From: Phycisphaerales bacterium
GTDB taxonomy: Bacteria; Planctomycetota; Phycisphaerae; Phycisphaerales; SM1A02
DNA: 64,000 nt
NCBI GenBank assembly: GCA_046350535.1
Contig: JAXMAG010000001.1
Coordinates: 447,488 to 511,487, forward strand
Reading direction: 5' to 3'
A model generated the notes under the pieces. The model had not been told where the DNA came from. It ran no database searches and was given only the letters and a program-made list of their open reading frames with translations. A program made the translations under genes and the position numbers. How positions within the stretch are numbered: position 1 is the stretch's first letter; each line of letters starts with the position of its first letter. Of this stretch, positions 39,432-47,976 are shown piece by piece.

Positions 39432-40045
39432 GCACCATCGCGCCGTCCCTCCTCCTCGGTCAGGCCCTCGCCGGCGCCGCCATCGTGGGCCTGCTCTTCT
39501 TCGGCGGAGCCGTGGTGGTGGCGTTGATCGCAGCGGTGTGGGGCGTGGGGGTCTACAACAACCTCCAGCGGCTGCGGATCGGCGCGGAGGGGGCCTTCGG
39601 CGACATCGACGTGCAGCTGCGCCGCCGGCACGATCTCATCCCCAACCTCGTGGAGACGGTGAAGGGGTACGCGGGGCACGAACGGCAGACCCTGGAGGCC
39701 GTCATCTCCGCCCGCGCCCGCGCCACCGGCGCCACCTCCCTCCCGGACCGCATGGCGGCGGAGGGCGAGCTCTCGCAGGCTCTGGGTCGCCTGATGGTGG
39801 TCACGGAGGCCTACCCGGAGCTGAAGGCCAACCAGAACTTCCTCCAGCTGCAGGCGGAGCTCTCCAGCACGGAGAACATCATCGGCAACTCCCGCAACGG
39901 CTACAACGCCGCCGTGGGCGCGTACAACGAGGCGCGGGTGGTCTTCCCCAGCAACCTGGTCGCGGGCATCTTCGGCTTCCAGCCGCTCACCTTCTTCGAG
40001 CTGAAGGATCCGGCGGCGCGGGAGGCTCCGGTCGTGAAGTTCTGA
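39425..40045 (+). CDS. lemA: LemA family protein
   Basis: Frame of track ORF 38804..40045, ATG 39425. N-terminal TM, YNNLQRL, DVQLRRRHDLIPNLVETVKGYAGHE, AYPELKANQNFLQLQAEL, YNAAVGAYN, FPSNLVAGIFGF. Confidence 0.9.
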   Translation: MLSTIAPSLLLGQALAGAAIVGLLFFGGAVVVALIAAVWGVGVYNNLQRLRIGAEGAFGDIDVQLRRRHDLIPNLVETVKGYAGHERQTLEAVISARARATGATSLPDRMAAEGELSQALGRLMVVTEAYPELKANQNFLQLQAELSSTENIIGNSRNGYNAAVGAYNEARVVFPSNLVAGIFGFQPLTFFELKDPAAREAPVVKF

Positions 40046-40078
40046 CCCGGGCAGGGACGCCCGGAGAGAGGAGTCGCG

Positions 40079-41125
40079 GTGGCCAAGGACCGAGTGGTGT
40101 CTGGTTCCGTGCACGGCGATGAATCGGACGAGGAGCAGGCCCAGCTGGCGCCGGCCATCCGCCCCGCGCGGCTCGCGGACTACGTGGGACAGCGGGAGCT
40201 GGTGGAGCGGCTCGGCGTGGCGCTCGACGCCGTCCGGCAGCGCGGCGATCCGATGGAGCACGTCCTCCTGCACGGTCCCCCGGGACTGGGCAAGACCACG
40301 CTGGCCCACGTGATCGCCCACGAGATGGGGACCCGCGCGGTGGTGACCAGCGGACCTTCGCTCACCAAGGCCGGGGACCTGGTGGGCACGCTCACGCGGC
40401 TGGAGCGGGGCGACGTCCTCTTCATCGACGAGATCCACCGTCTCCCCGCGGCGGTGGAGGAGTACATCTACCCGGCGATGGAGGATTGGCGGGTGGACTT
40501 CACCGTGGACAGCGGGATGCACGCGAAGGTGATCACGCTGGAGCTGAAGCCCTTCACGCTCATCGGCGCCACCACCCGCGCCGGCCTCCTGACGGGCGCC
40601 CTGCGGAGTCGCTTCGGGATCAGCCACCACCTGGACTTCTACGGCCAGCCGGAGCTCCTCCGGATCCTCAGCCGCGCGGTGGGCATCCTGGGCATGAGCG
40701 AGGTCCCGGCCCGGAGCCTGGACATGGTGGCGGCCCGCTCGCGGGGGACGCCGCGCGTGGCCCTGCGGCTCCTGCGGCGCGTGCGGGACTACGCCCAGGT
40801 CCGCGCCGGGGGCCGCGTGGATGACGCGATCGTGGAGGCGGCGCTCCGCCTGGAGGGCGTGGACGACGCGGGCCTGGACGAGCTGGACCGCAAGTACCTC
40901 CGCACCATCGCGTCCACATTCGCCGGCGGTCCGGTGGGCGTGGAGGCGGTGGCGGCGGCGCTCGGCGATGACGCCGGCACGCTCGAGGATCTGGTCGAGC
41001 CGTTCCTGCTGCAGGCAGGATTCGTGGCCAGAACGCGGCAGGGACGGCGACTCACGCCGCTCGCCTACACCCACATGGGTCTGCCGCTCCCCGCGGAGCC
41101 GCTCAGTTTCGAAGAAGCCCGGTGA
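40079..41125 (+). CDS. ruvB: Holliday junction branch migration helicase RuvB
   Basis: Track ORF (GTG, GGAGAGAGGAG upstream). IRPARLADYVGQ, LLHGPPGLGKTTLA (Walker A), VLFIDEIHRL (Walker B), GATTRAGLLT, RFG, GTPRVALRLLRRVRD. Confidence 0.97.
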   Translation: MAKDRVVSGSVHGDESDEEQAQLAPAIRPARLADYVGQRELVERLGVALDAVRQRGDPMEHVLLHGPPGLGKTTLAHVIAHEMGTRAVVTSGPSLTKAGDLVGTLTRLERGDVLFIDEIHRLPAAVEEYIYPAMEDWRVDFTVDSGMHAKVITLELKPFTLIGATTRAGLLTGALRSRFGISHHLDFYGQPELLRILSRAVGILGMSEVPARSLDMVAARSRGTPRVALRLLRRVRDYAQVRAGGRVDDAIVEAALRLEGVDDAGLDELDRKYLRTIASTFAGGPVGVEAVAAALGDDAGTLEDLVEPFLLQAGFVARTRQGRRLTPLAYTHMGLPLPAEPLSFEEAR

Positions 41126-44100
41126 AGGGCGAGGCGAACTGCGGCTGGGCCTGGCTGAAGCCCCAGCCGCCCCGCTGGTTGGGCCCGCCCACGCGGAGCT
41201 TGGCGTTGAAGGAGTACTCGCCGGTGATGGCGTCGTAGCCGACGCCGACGCCGAAGTCGAAATCCGGGAAGACGCGCACGATCTGGGCGGTGGCGCTGCG
41301 GAAGTCACCCTGGCCGAGGTCGATCTGCGGGCCGAGCGAGATCTCGTAGAGCCGCGTGATCTTGTAGGTGAGTCCGATGGCCAGCAGCTCGTCCGAGGGG
41401 TAGACGCCGGTGGGATCGAAGTTGTTGATGTAGCGGTACTCCACGAAGGTGCTCACCTCCGGGGAGTGGTACATCGCGGCGCCCACGGAGCCGCGGGCCA
41501 GCCAGTCCGAGGCGCTGCCGCCGCCCGGCCGGGTTCCGTCCAGGAGCGCCACGGCGCTGCCGGTCAGCATGAAGGTGCTGCTCACCTGCCAGGAGGCGTT
41601 GCCGTACATGTGGCTGCCCCACTGCGAGTACTCCGGCCTCCAGCGGTAGAAGACCGGGGCCGGGCTCTGGGCGTAGTGCAGGGAGTTGGGCTGGTTGTCC
41701 CGCTGGTAGGTGTTGTTGTGGTCCGTGGCCACGGCGCCCACGTCCAGCGTCACCCAGTCCACGCTCCGCCAGTCGCCGGGACCGCCACGCTGCGTCTGGA
41801 GTCGCTGCGTCACGCCCACCTGGGCCACGCTGGCGGCCGAGATGCCTTCCACGTCCTGGTCGTAGATGGGGTAGTCGTTGACGCTCGCGGTGTCGTAGCC
41901 GGACCAGAGGGTGGCGTTGGGCTGCACCACCCAGCGGAGCCGGTTGAGGTCCAGGAGCCGGCTCTGCACGTCGCCGAGGACGCGGGTGAACTCCGTGCTG
42001 ATCCGGGCGCCGCCGCCAACCACGCCGCGGTAGTCGTCCGCGTCCGGCGAGTAGTCGTTGAAGTCGTCCCCCAGGTAGCCCATGGCACTCGCGGAGGCGA
42101 AGGGCACCACCTTCACCTTGCCCAGGAGGAATGGGATCGCCAGCTCCTGCCGGGTCCAGAGGCGGGCCCGCAGGTCCTGGTCGTAGCCCGCGCTCGTGTA
42201 GGCGTTCCCCAGCGGGATGTTGTTCTGGTTGAACGGCGCCGGCGGAATGGCGGTGGGGGGGAAGAACGCCGCGTTGGGCGCCGCGATGGACTCCGGAGTG
42301 CCCTTGGTCACCCGGATCTGCATGGTGTTGGCGCTGTACTCCTGGGTCCAGCTCAGCAGGTCGAAGAACTCGTCGCCGAAGCGGCGGTAGCTCACCTCCG
42401 GCAGCTTGTCCACGGAGTAGGGGCGGCTCGCCAGCTGGTAGGAGTTGACCACCGCGTTGTCCAGGTCGTACTTGCCCAGCAGGTCGAACGCGGAGTTGCC
42501 CGTGCTGGCGCGGAGGAAGAGGCTGGACTCGTACTCCCGGTGCTGGGCGAACTCCTGCTGCCGGAAGGTGGAGAGGAACGCCGGGTCGCTGATGTAGTTG
42601 AGCTGGCTCTGCACCAGCAGGTCGTTGGTCACCTTGGAGGAGTACTCCGCGGAGGCGATGCCGCGGAAGGAGTTGCTGGAGATGTATTCGCGTCCGGCGG
42701 AGCTCTGCTCGGTGTTCTTGAAGTCGTCGAAGCCGTAGAGCTCCAGCCCGCCCTGCTCCGCGCCGCGGCTCAGGCTGAAGGTGGTTCCGCCGCCGAGACC
42801 GTTCTTCGAATAGACGTCCTGGATGATGGCGCCTTCGACGCCGTCCGGCCGCTGCAGGCCCAGAGCGTCGAAGAACTCCAGCTTCGACGACTCCTCGAAG
42901 CCGCGGTACTCGTTGTAGCCCACCTCGACGCTGCGGATGGGCATCCGGTCCGGGGAGCCGCTGAAGCGCGGCAGGCCGATGACCGGGGTGCCGCCGACGC
43001 GGAAGGTGGCGTTGCGTCCCTCGATCCAGGTGCCGCCTTCGGACTGCGGCCGCTGGGTCACTGTGACCCGCTCCGCCCCCACCGCGAGATGGGGGGTGAA
43101 GAACTCGCTCGTGGAGACCTGCGCCTGCTGGGCGGTGAACTGGTTGGCCGCCACCTGGCGCATCTCCGCGGCCCGGGCGTAGACCGGGATGCCGCGGCGG
43201 ATCTGGGTGCGGAGGACCGCATCCACCATGAGGGCCTGGTTGGTGCGGAAGTCGTAGTACACCTGCTTGGCGCGGACCGTGTAGCGGAAGTCCGTGGCCA
43301 CCACGTTCCCCTCCAGGTACACGCCCTCCACCCGCTCCGCGGAGAGCGACGCGCCGCCCTGGCGGAACTCCTTCAGCGTTCCCGGCACCGTGAAGATGAC
43401 GGCGCGGTCCGCTCGCAGCTGCACCGTTCCCTGCGGGTCCGCGGGGTTGCGGTTCAGCCAGTCGATCACCACGGAGCCCTCCACCGTGATGGTGTCCGTC
43501 GCCTCGTCCACCACGATGGTGCGGCCGTAGAAGCTCACCAGGCCGTTCACGGCCAGCACCGCGGGGCCGCCCAGCGGCTGCTTCACGTTCCCCACCGCGG
43601 CCGGCGGCGCCGGCATCACCTGGTCCAGGCTCCCGCCGACCTCCAGCGTCGGCACCGGCGGCGCCGGCGGGCGGCTGACCGCGGGGCGCGTGCCCAGGGC
43701 GGCCTTGCTGGCGGCCAGCTGCTGGAGGTAGCGCTGAAGCCTCGCCTCCGCGACCGCCCGCTGCGAATCGCCACCCGGAGTGCGGTCCTCCCAGACCGGC
43801 GCCTGCATGGTCACCTTGCCGCGGGTGCTGGCGGTCACGAGCAGGTCCTTGCCCTGCACGCCCAGGCCGGCGCGGCGGGTGGGCTCCTCCACCTCCGGGA
43901 AGTAGATGGCCAGCTGGTTGATGAGACCTTCCGCGCTGGGGATGCGGTCGATCCAGAGGAAGGCCTTGCGGCTGTAGAACTCGTAGGACGCCACGGAGAT
44001 GCGCACGTCCCCCTCCAGCTGGAGGCGCTGCGTGTCGTCCACCTTCCAGGCCCACGCCTTCACCGAGGTGATGCGGATGTCGCTCGTGACCGGTTCGATC

Positions 44101-44243
44101 GGGAGGACGAAGCCGCCCAGGCGGTCCCCGGTGATCGCCACGTCCGTGAGTTCCCGCGCCGGACCCTGCCCCCACGCGGTCGCGACAGTCATCGCCGCCA
44201 CCAGGGCGGCCACCAGCGACGCTGCGGTCCTTCGCGCGGTCAT
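41103..44243 (-). CDS. lptD: Large outer-membrane beta-barrel protein, LptD/OstA-like
   Basis: Track ORF 1046 aa with normal (Tyr/Asn/Ser/Asp-rich) OMP composition; signal peptide MTARRTAASLVAALVAAMTVATAWG; N-terminal OstA-like segments (LEGDVRISVASYEFYSRKAFLW; VEGVYLEGNVVATDFRYTVRAKQVYYD); long alternating beta-strand region. Two other >950-aa ORFs over the same DNA are off-frame artefacts. Confidence 0.55.
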   Translation of the reverse strand: MTARRTAASLVAALVAAMTVATAWGQGPARELTDVAITGDRLGGFVLPIEPVTSDIRITSVKAWAWKVDDTQRLQLEGDVRISVASYEFYSRKAFLWIDRIPSAEGLINQLAIYFPEVEEPTRRAGLGVQGKDLLVTASTRGKVTMQAPVWEDRTPGGDSQRAVAEARLQRYLQQLAASKAALGTRPAVSRPPAPPVPTLEVGGSLDQVMPAPPAAVGNVKQPLGGPAVLAVNGLVSFYGRTIVVDEATDTITVEGSVVIDWLNRNPADPQGTVQLRADRAVIFTVPGTLKEFRQGGASLSAERVEGVYLEGNVVATDFRYTVRAKQVYYDFRTNQALMVDAVLRTQIRRGIPVYARAAEMRQVAANQFTAQQAQVSTSEFFTPHLAVGAERVTVTQRPQSEGGTWIEGRNATFRVGGTPVIGLPRFSGSPDRMPIRSVEVGYNEYRGFEESSKLEFFDALGLQRPDGVEGAIIQDVYSKNGLGGGTTFSLSRGAEQGGLELYGFDDFKNTEQSSAGREYISSNSFRGIASAEYSSKVTNDLLVQSQLNYISDPAFLSTFRQQEFAQHREYESSLFLRASTGNSAFDLLGKYDLDNAVVNSYQLASRPYSVDKLPEVSYRRFGDEFFDLLSWTQEYSANTMQIRVTKGTPESIAAPNAAFFPPTAIPPAPFNQNNIPLGNAYTSAGYDQDLRARLWTRQELAIPFLLGKVKVVPFASASAMGYLGDDFNDYSPDADDYRGVVGGGARISTEFTRVLGDVQSRLLDLNRLRWVVQPNATLWSGYDTASVNDYPIYDQDVEGISAASVAQVGVTQRLQTQRGGPGDWRSVDWVTLDVGAVATDHNNTYQRDNQPNSLHYAQSPAPVFYRWRPEYSQWGSHMYGNASWQVSSTFMLTGSAVALLDGTRPGGGSASDWLARGSVGAAMYHSPEVSTFVEYRYINNFDPTGVYPSDELLAIGLTYKITRLYEISLGPQIDLGQGDFRSATAQIVRVFPDFDFGVGVGYDAITGEYSFNAKLRVGGPNQRGGWGFSQAQPQFASPFTGLLRN

Positions 44244-44274
44244 GGCGCCGCGGATGCTACCGTCCGGCGCAGGG

Positions 44275-45279
44275 TCACGCCCGGTACATGGGCGGCCGGA
44301 GCACCAGCGACACCAGCTCCCGGAGCATGGTCATCACCGCGAAGCCCGCCAGCGCCAGGAGCGCCAGCCACCAGGCGCCCTGCCACTGGCCGAGCGCCGC
44401 CATCCACGCCACGCCGTAGACCACCTGCCACAGCGACCCGTAGCGCAGGAGCTTCTCCGCGGCGGACGCGGCGGGGGAGCTGCGGGACTTCCAGCGGGCC
44501 ACCACCACGAATCCCGCCACCGCGAGGATGGGGAACGCCAGCACCGCGGCGTGCCGCCCGGCGGTGACGCCCGTCTCCTGGTTCCACTCGCCGCGGGCGA
44601 GGAGCACCGCCGACGCCGCCACCAGTCCCACCACCAGCACCAGGACGGATCGGCCGGTGATGGGCGGCCGCTTCTCCTCCAGCCGGTAGACCGCGGTGTG
44701 CACCGCCACCGCGTGCACCATGGCCAGCCAGAGGGGCAGCGTGAAGGTGAGCTGCTGGTTGGGGATCAGCATGTGCCCGGCGTGGACCACACCCACGGTC
44801 AGGAGGCCCACCCCGGGGAAGTGCTTGCCGGCGGCGTTCAGGAAGAGGATGGCGGCCGCCACCACAACCATGGTGAGCAGGGCCGCCTGCCCGAAGAAGT
44901 TGGCGGCGATGACCGCCACCATGAGGGAGCTCACCGTCACCACCACCGCGTGACCGGAGCGGATCCGGCCCGCGGGCAGCGGGCGGTCCGGGCTGAACGC
45001 CCGGTCGTGGCGGATGTCCATCAGGTCGTTGAGGCTGGCCCCGAAGGCGTAGAGCCCCACCGCCACCACGGCCGCCACCGCGAGCGCCTGGATCAGGGGC
45101 ATCCGGCAGACCGGCAGGGCCGCGAAGGCCGGATCCGCCCGCGAAAGCAGGACCGCCAGCCAGAGATCCCCGACGGCGCCGACGGCAAGGCTGAGCCGCA
45201 CCAGCTGGAGGGCACCCAGGAGGCGGGCAAGCGGGCGGGTCACGGAGCCGATGGTAGCGGGTACCATCGTTCCCCCCAT
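44275..45279 (-). CDS. UbiA-family prenyltransferase
   Basis: Track ORF; about 9 TM helices; Asp-rich motif ASLNDLMDIRHDR; start may be Met5 (45267) because ATG 45279 overlaps the ribH candidate ATG. Confidence 0.7.
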   Translation of the reverse strand: MGGTMVPATIGSVTRPLARLLGALQLVRLSLAVGAVGDLWLAVLLSRADPAFAALPVCRMPLIQALAVAAVVAVGLYAFGASLNDLMDIRHDRAFSPDRPLPAGRIRSGHAVVVTVSSLMVAVIAANFFGQAALLTMVVVAAAILFLNAAGKHFPGVGLLTVGVVHAGHMLIPNQQLTFTLPLWLAMVHAVAVHTAVYRLEEKRPPITGRSVLVLVVGLVAASAVLLARGEWNQETGVTAGRHAAVLAFPILAVAGFVVVARWKSRSSPAASAAEKLLRYGSLWQVVYGVAWMAALGQWQGAWWLALLALAGFAVMTMLRELVSLVLRPPMYRA

Positions 45280-45748
45280 GAAGGGTGACCAGACGATGGC
45301 GGTGTCGGCCGCGGGTCTGCGGGTGGCGCTCCTGGTGAGCGGCTACCACGCGGAGGTGGCGGAATCGCTGCGCCGCGGCGCGGTGGAGGCGTTCGCCGGC
45401 GCGGGCGGGGACGCGGATGCGATCGTCACGATCGAGGTGCCGGGGGCGTTCGAACTGGTGCCCGTGGCGGCAGTTGCCGCGAGGCGGAAGGACATTCACG
45501 CGGTGGTGGCGCTGGGGTGCATCATTCGCGGGGATACGCGGCATGACCGCGTGCTGGCCGGCGCCGTGGCCACCGCCCTGGCGGGCCTGGCCGCGGAGTG
45601 CGGGAAGCCGGTGGCCCTCGGGGTTCTCACCGTGGAGTCGCTGCGGCAGGCGCGGGAGCGCTCCGGCGGCAAGCACGGCAACAAGGGTCAGGAGGCGATG
45701 ATGGCGGCCATCGCGGCGGCGCGGGCCGTGGAACGGGCCCGGGCATGA
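45278..45748 (+). CDS. ribH: 6,7-dimethyl-8-ribityllumazine synthase
   Basis: Frame of track ORF 45251..45748 (start 45278 or 45296). VEVPGAFELVPVA, VVALGCIIRGDTRHDRVLA, VALGVLTVESL, GNKGQEA. Confidence 0.9.
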   Translation: MKGDQTMAVSAAGLRVALLVSGYHAEVAESLRRGAVEAFAGAGGDADAIVTIEVPGAFELVPVAAVAARRKDIHAVVALGCIIRGDTRHDRVLAGAVATALAGLAAECGKPVALGVLTVESLRQARERSGGKHGNKGQEAMMAAIAAARAVERARA

Positions 45749-46212
45749 GCGCGGAGCGGGAGCCGGACACCCGCCGGGACGCCAGGCGCTGCGCCCTGCA
45801 GGGGCTCTACGAGCGGGACGCCGGGGGCGCGGACCTGCGGCGCGAAGGCGACGAGGCGGAGCCCGCGGGCGGCGCCACGCTCGCCGGCTGGTTGGGGCCG
45901 GAAGGTGAGCGGCTCGCGGCCGGCGGCGCCCGCGCAGAGGGCGAGCGGCTGGCGGCGCTCGCGTGGGAGTTCCGCGAGGACGCGGACCGCGCGGTGGCGG
46001 CGCTCTCCACGGAGTGGTCCACCCATCGACAGCCGGTGGTGGATCGGAACGTGCTGCGGCTCGCCTGGTACGAGATGACGCACGGCGGCGTGCCGGCGCC
46101 GGTGGCGATCAACGAAGCGGTGGAGCTCGCCCGGGAGTTCGGCAGCGAACGCAGCGCCGCGTTCGTGAACGCCATCCTGGACGGCATCCACCGCGGCGGG
46201 CGGAGCGCGTGA
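45745..46212 (+). CDS. nusB: Transcription antitermination factor NusB
   Basis: Frame of track ORF 45598..46212; ATG 45745 overlaps ribH stop (ATGA). RRCALQGLYE, VDRNVLRLAWYEM, INEAVELAREFGSERSAAFVNAILD; conserved ribH-nusB order. Confidence 0.88.
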   Translation: MSAEREPDTRRDARRCALQGLYERDAGGADLRREGDEAEPAGGATLAGWLGPEGERLAAGGARAEGERLAALAWEFREDADRAVAALSTEWSTHRQPVVDRNVLRLAWYEMTHGGVPAPVAINEAVELAREFGSERSAAFVNAILDGIHRGGRSA

Positions 46213-46213
46213 C

Positions 46214-47140
46214 GTGGCGGGCCTCTTTCGATCCGTGCTGGACGCGGTCAAGCGCGGGCTCTCCAAGACCGCGCAGGTCCTGGGCGCCGGGCTGCGGAGC
46301 CTGCTGCACGGGCGATCGCTCTCGGAGGAGCTGATCGACGAGATCGAATCCCGCCTGATCGCGGCGGACGTGGGCGTGAAGGGCACTCGGGCCGTGGTGG
46401 ACGCCCTGCGAACGGAGTTCCGCGCCGGCCGCGTGCCCCGCGGCGAGGACGCCCTGGAGTTCCTCAAGCGCCAACTGAAGGCGCGCTGGGGACCGGAGGA
46501 CCGCACGCTCGCGACGGCGCCGTCGCGCCCCACGGTGATCCTGGTCTGCGGCATCAACGGCGCGGGGAAGACGACGAGCGTGGCCAAGATCGCGGCCACC
46601 CTCCGCAGCCAGGGCCGCAGCGTCCTGCTGGCGGCGGCGGACACCTACCGCGCGGGCGCGGTGGCGCAGCTCTCCATCTGGGCGGAGCGGCTCGGCGTGG
46701 ACGTGGTGAAGGGCCAGCAGGGCGCGGACCCGGCGGCGGTGACCTTCGACGCCGTGGACGCGGCCGTCGCCCGCGGCGTGGACGTGCTGCTGGTGGACAC
46801 CGCCGGGCGCCTGCACACGCAGGATCACCTGATGCGGCAGCTCTCCAAGATCCGGAACGTCATCGCCCGGAAGATCCCCGGAGCACCGCACGAGACACTC
46901 CTGGTGCTGGACGCCACCAGCGGCCAGAACGCCATCCAGCAGGCCCGCGTCTTCCGCGAATCCGCGCAGGTGACGGGCATCTTCCTCGCCAAGCTGGACG
47001 GCACCGCGCGGGGCGGAATCGTGGTGGCCATCCGGGACGAGCTGGACGTCCCCGTGAAGCTGGTGGGGGTGGGCGAGACGCCGGCGGACGTGCAGCCGTT
47101 CGATCCGGACCGCTTCGTGGAGGCGATGTTCGCGGAGTGA
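46214..47140 (+). CDS. ftsY: Signal recognition particle receptor FtsY (short form, NG domain)
   Basis: Track ORF (GTG). VILVCGINGAGKTTSVAK (G1), AAADTYRAGA, LLVDTAGRL (G3), LDATSGQN, IFLAKLDGTARGG (G4), GVGE. Confidence 0.95.
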   Translation: MAGLFRSVLDAVKRGLSKTAQVLGAGLRSLLHGRSLSEELIDEIESRLIAADVGVKGTRAVVDALRTEFRAGRVPRGEDALEFLKRQLKARWGPEDRTLATAPSRPTVILVCGINGAGKTTSVAKIAATLRSQGRSVLLAAADTYRAGAVAQLSIWAERLGVDVVKGQQGADPAAVTFDAVDAAVARGVDVLLVDTAGRLHTQDHLMRQLSKIRNVIARKIPGAPHETLLVLDATSGQNAIQQARVFRESAQVTGIFLAKLDGTARGGIVVAIRDELDVPVKLVGVGETPADVQPFDPDRFVEAMFAE

Positions 47141-47156
47141 GCGGCCGGGGGCGTGG

Positions 47157-47183
47157 CGGCCGCAGCGGCCGCAGCGGCCGCAG
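47157..47183 (+). repeat. Perfect 9-nt tandem repeat x3 (CGGCCGCAG), self-complementary GC-rich (GCGGCCGC cores)
   Basis: Read directly 17 nt after the ftsY stop: cggccgcag cggccgcag cggccgcag. Confidence 0.9.
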
Positions 47184-47337
47184 CGCGGGGGCCCGGCACC
47201 CGGTTTCGTCCGTTCTCCTGGGAAACCCGCGGACCGACCGATCGGTAGGGGGAATCGGAGTGGGCGCCACTATCATGAGAGCCGTGATCGAACCCTGCCT
47301 CCGCGGATGCAGTGCACGCCGGGTGGGCCGCCGCGGG

Positions 47338-47976
47338 ATGCCGCGCAGGCCGGACGGGTTCACACTGGTGGAGATGATGGTGGTGATGGGGATCATCGGG
47401 GTGCTTCTGGGGATCATCCTGCCCGCCCTCTCGTCGGTGCGCAAGAGCAGCCTGAACACGCAGTGCCTCAGCAATCTGCGGCAGCTGTTCGCGCCCCTCT
47501 CCAGCTACATGACCGCCAACAAGGGCCTGGTGCCCGCGTGCGAGTTCCTCCCCGCCGCGAGCGCCAACGGACCGGTGGGAGGGCTGCCGCCGATCCTCGC
47601 CGGGTACCTCGATCCGCAGGCGGAGATCTGGAAGTGCCCCGCGGATCTGGACGAGGAATCCCTCTCGACCGGCACCAGCTACTTCTACCTGCCGGGCCTC
47701 CTGCGCCTGGTGCCGCCGGTGCAGATGGAGGTGATGGCCACCACCGCGCAGTACCCGCCCGGCTCCATCTCTCCCAAGGAGCTGGAGCGCATCCAGCACG
47801 AACTTGAAAGCCGCCTGGTGACGCGCCTGATCGAGAAGGACCAGAAGAGCCAGTACCCGCTCCTCATGGACAGCCAGGATCGGCACGGCGGCGGGCGCAA
47901 CCCGCGCAACGCCCTCTACCTGGACGGCAGCTCCCGCGAGCTGATCAGCGAGACGGAGTCCGCGGCCGCGGATTGA
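47338..47976 (+). CDS. Prepilin-type N-terminal cleavage/methylation domain protein (type II secretion pseudopilin-like, H-Xn-DG tail)
   Basis: Frame of track ORF 47137..47976; ATG 47338 gives leader MPRRPDG|FTLVEMMVVMGIIGVLLGIILPAL; C-terminal DRHGGGRNPRNALYLDGS resembles the H-X9-DG motif but with 12 residues between H and DG. Confidence 0.8.
   Translation: MPRRPDGFTLVEMMVVMGIIGVLLGIILPALSSVRKSSLNTQCLSNLRQLFAPLSSYMTANKGLVPACEFLPAASANGPVGGLPPILAGYLDPQAEIWKCPADLDEESLSTGTSYFYLPGLLRLVPPVQMEVMATTAQYPPGSISPKELERIQHELESRLVTRLIEKDQKSQYPLLMDSQDRHGGGRNPRNALYLDGSSRELISETESAAAD

Noticed and set aside
40821-44567. 1248-aa plus-strand ORF, and a second 956-aa minus-strand ORF (41305..44175), over the lptD-like gene. 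This gives three >950-aa ORFs on the same DNA.
   Set aside because: Their translations are dominated by Arg/Gly/Pro/His/Ala runs typical of off-frame reading of GC-rich coding DNA. Only the 41103..44243 frame has a signal peptide and outer-membrane-protein-like composition.
17174-47183. Short perfect tandem repeats (12-mer x3 at 17174, 9-mer x3 at 47157) as possible CRISPR or minisatellite arrays.
   Set aside because: The units are directly adjacent with no spacers and far too short for CRISPR, and there are no cas genes. I treat them as simple tandem repeats.
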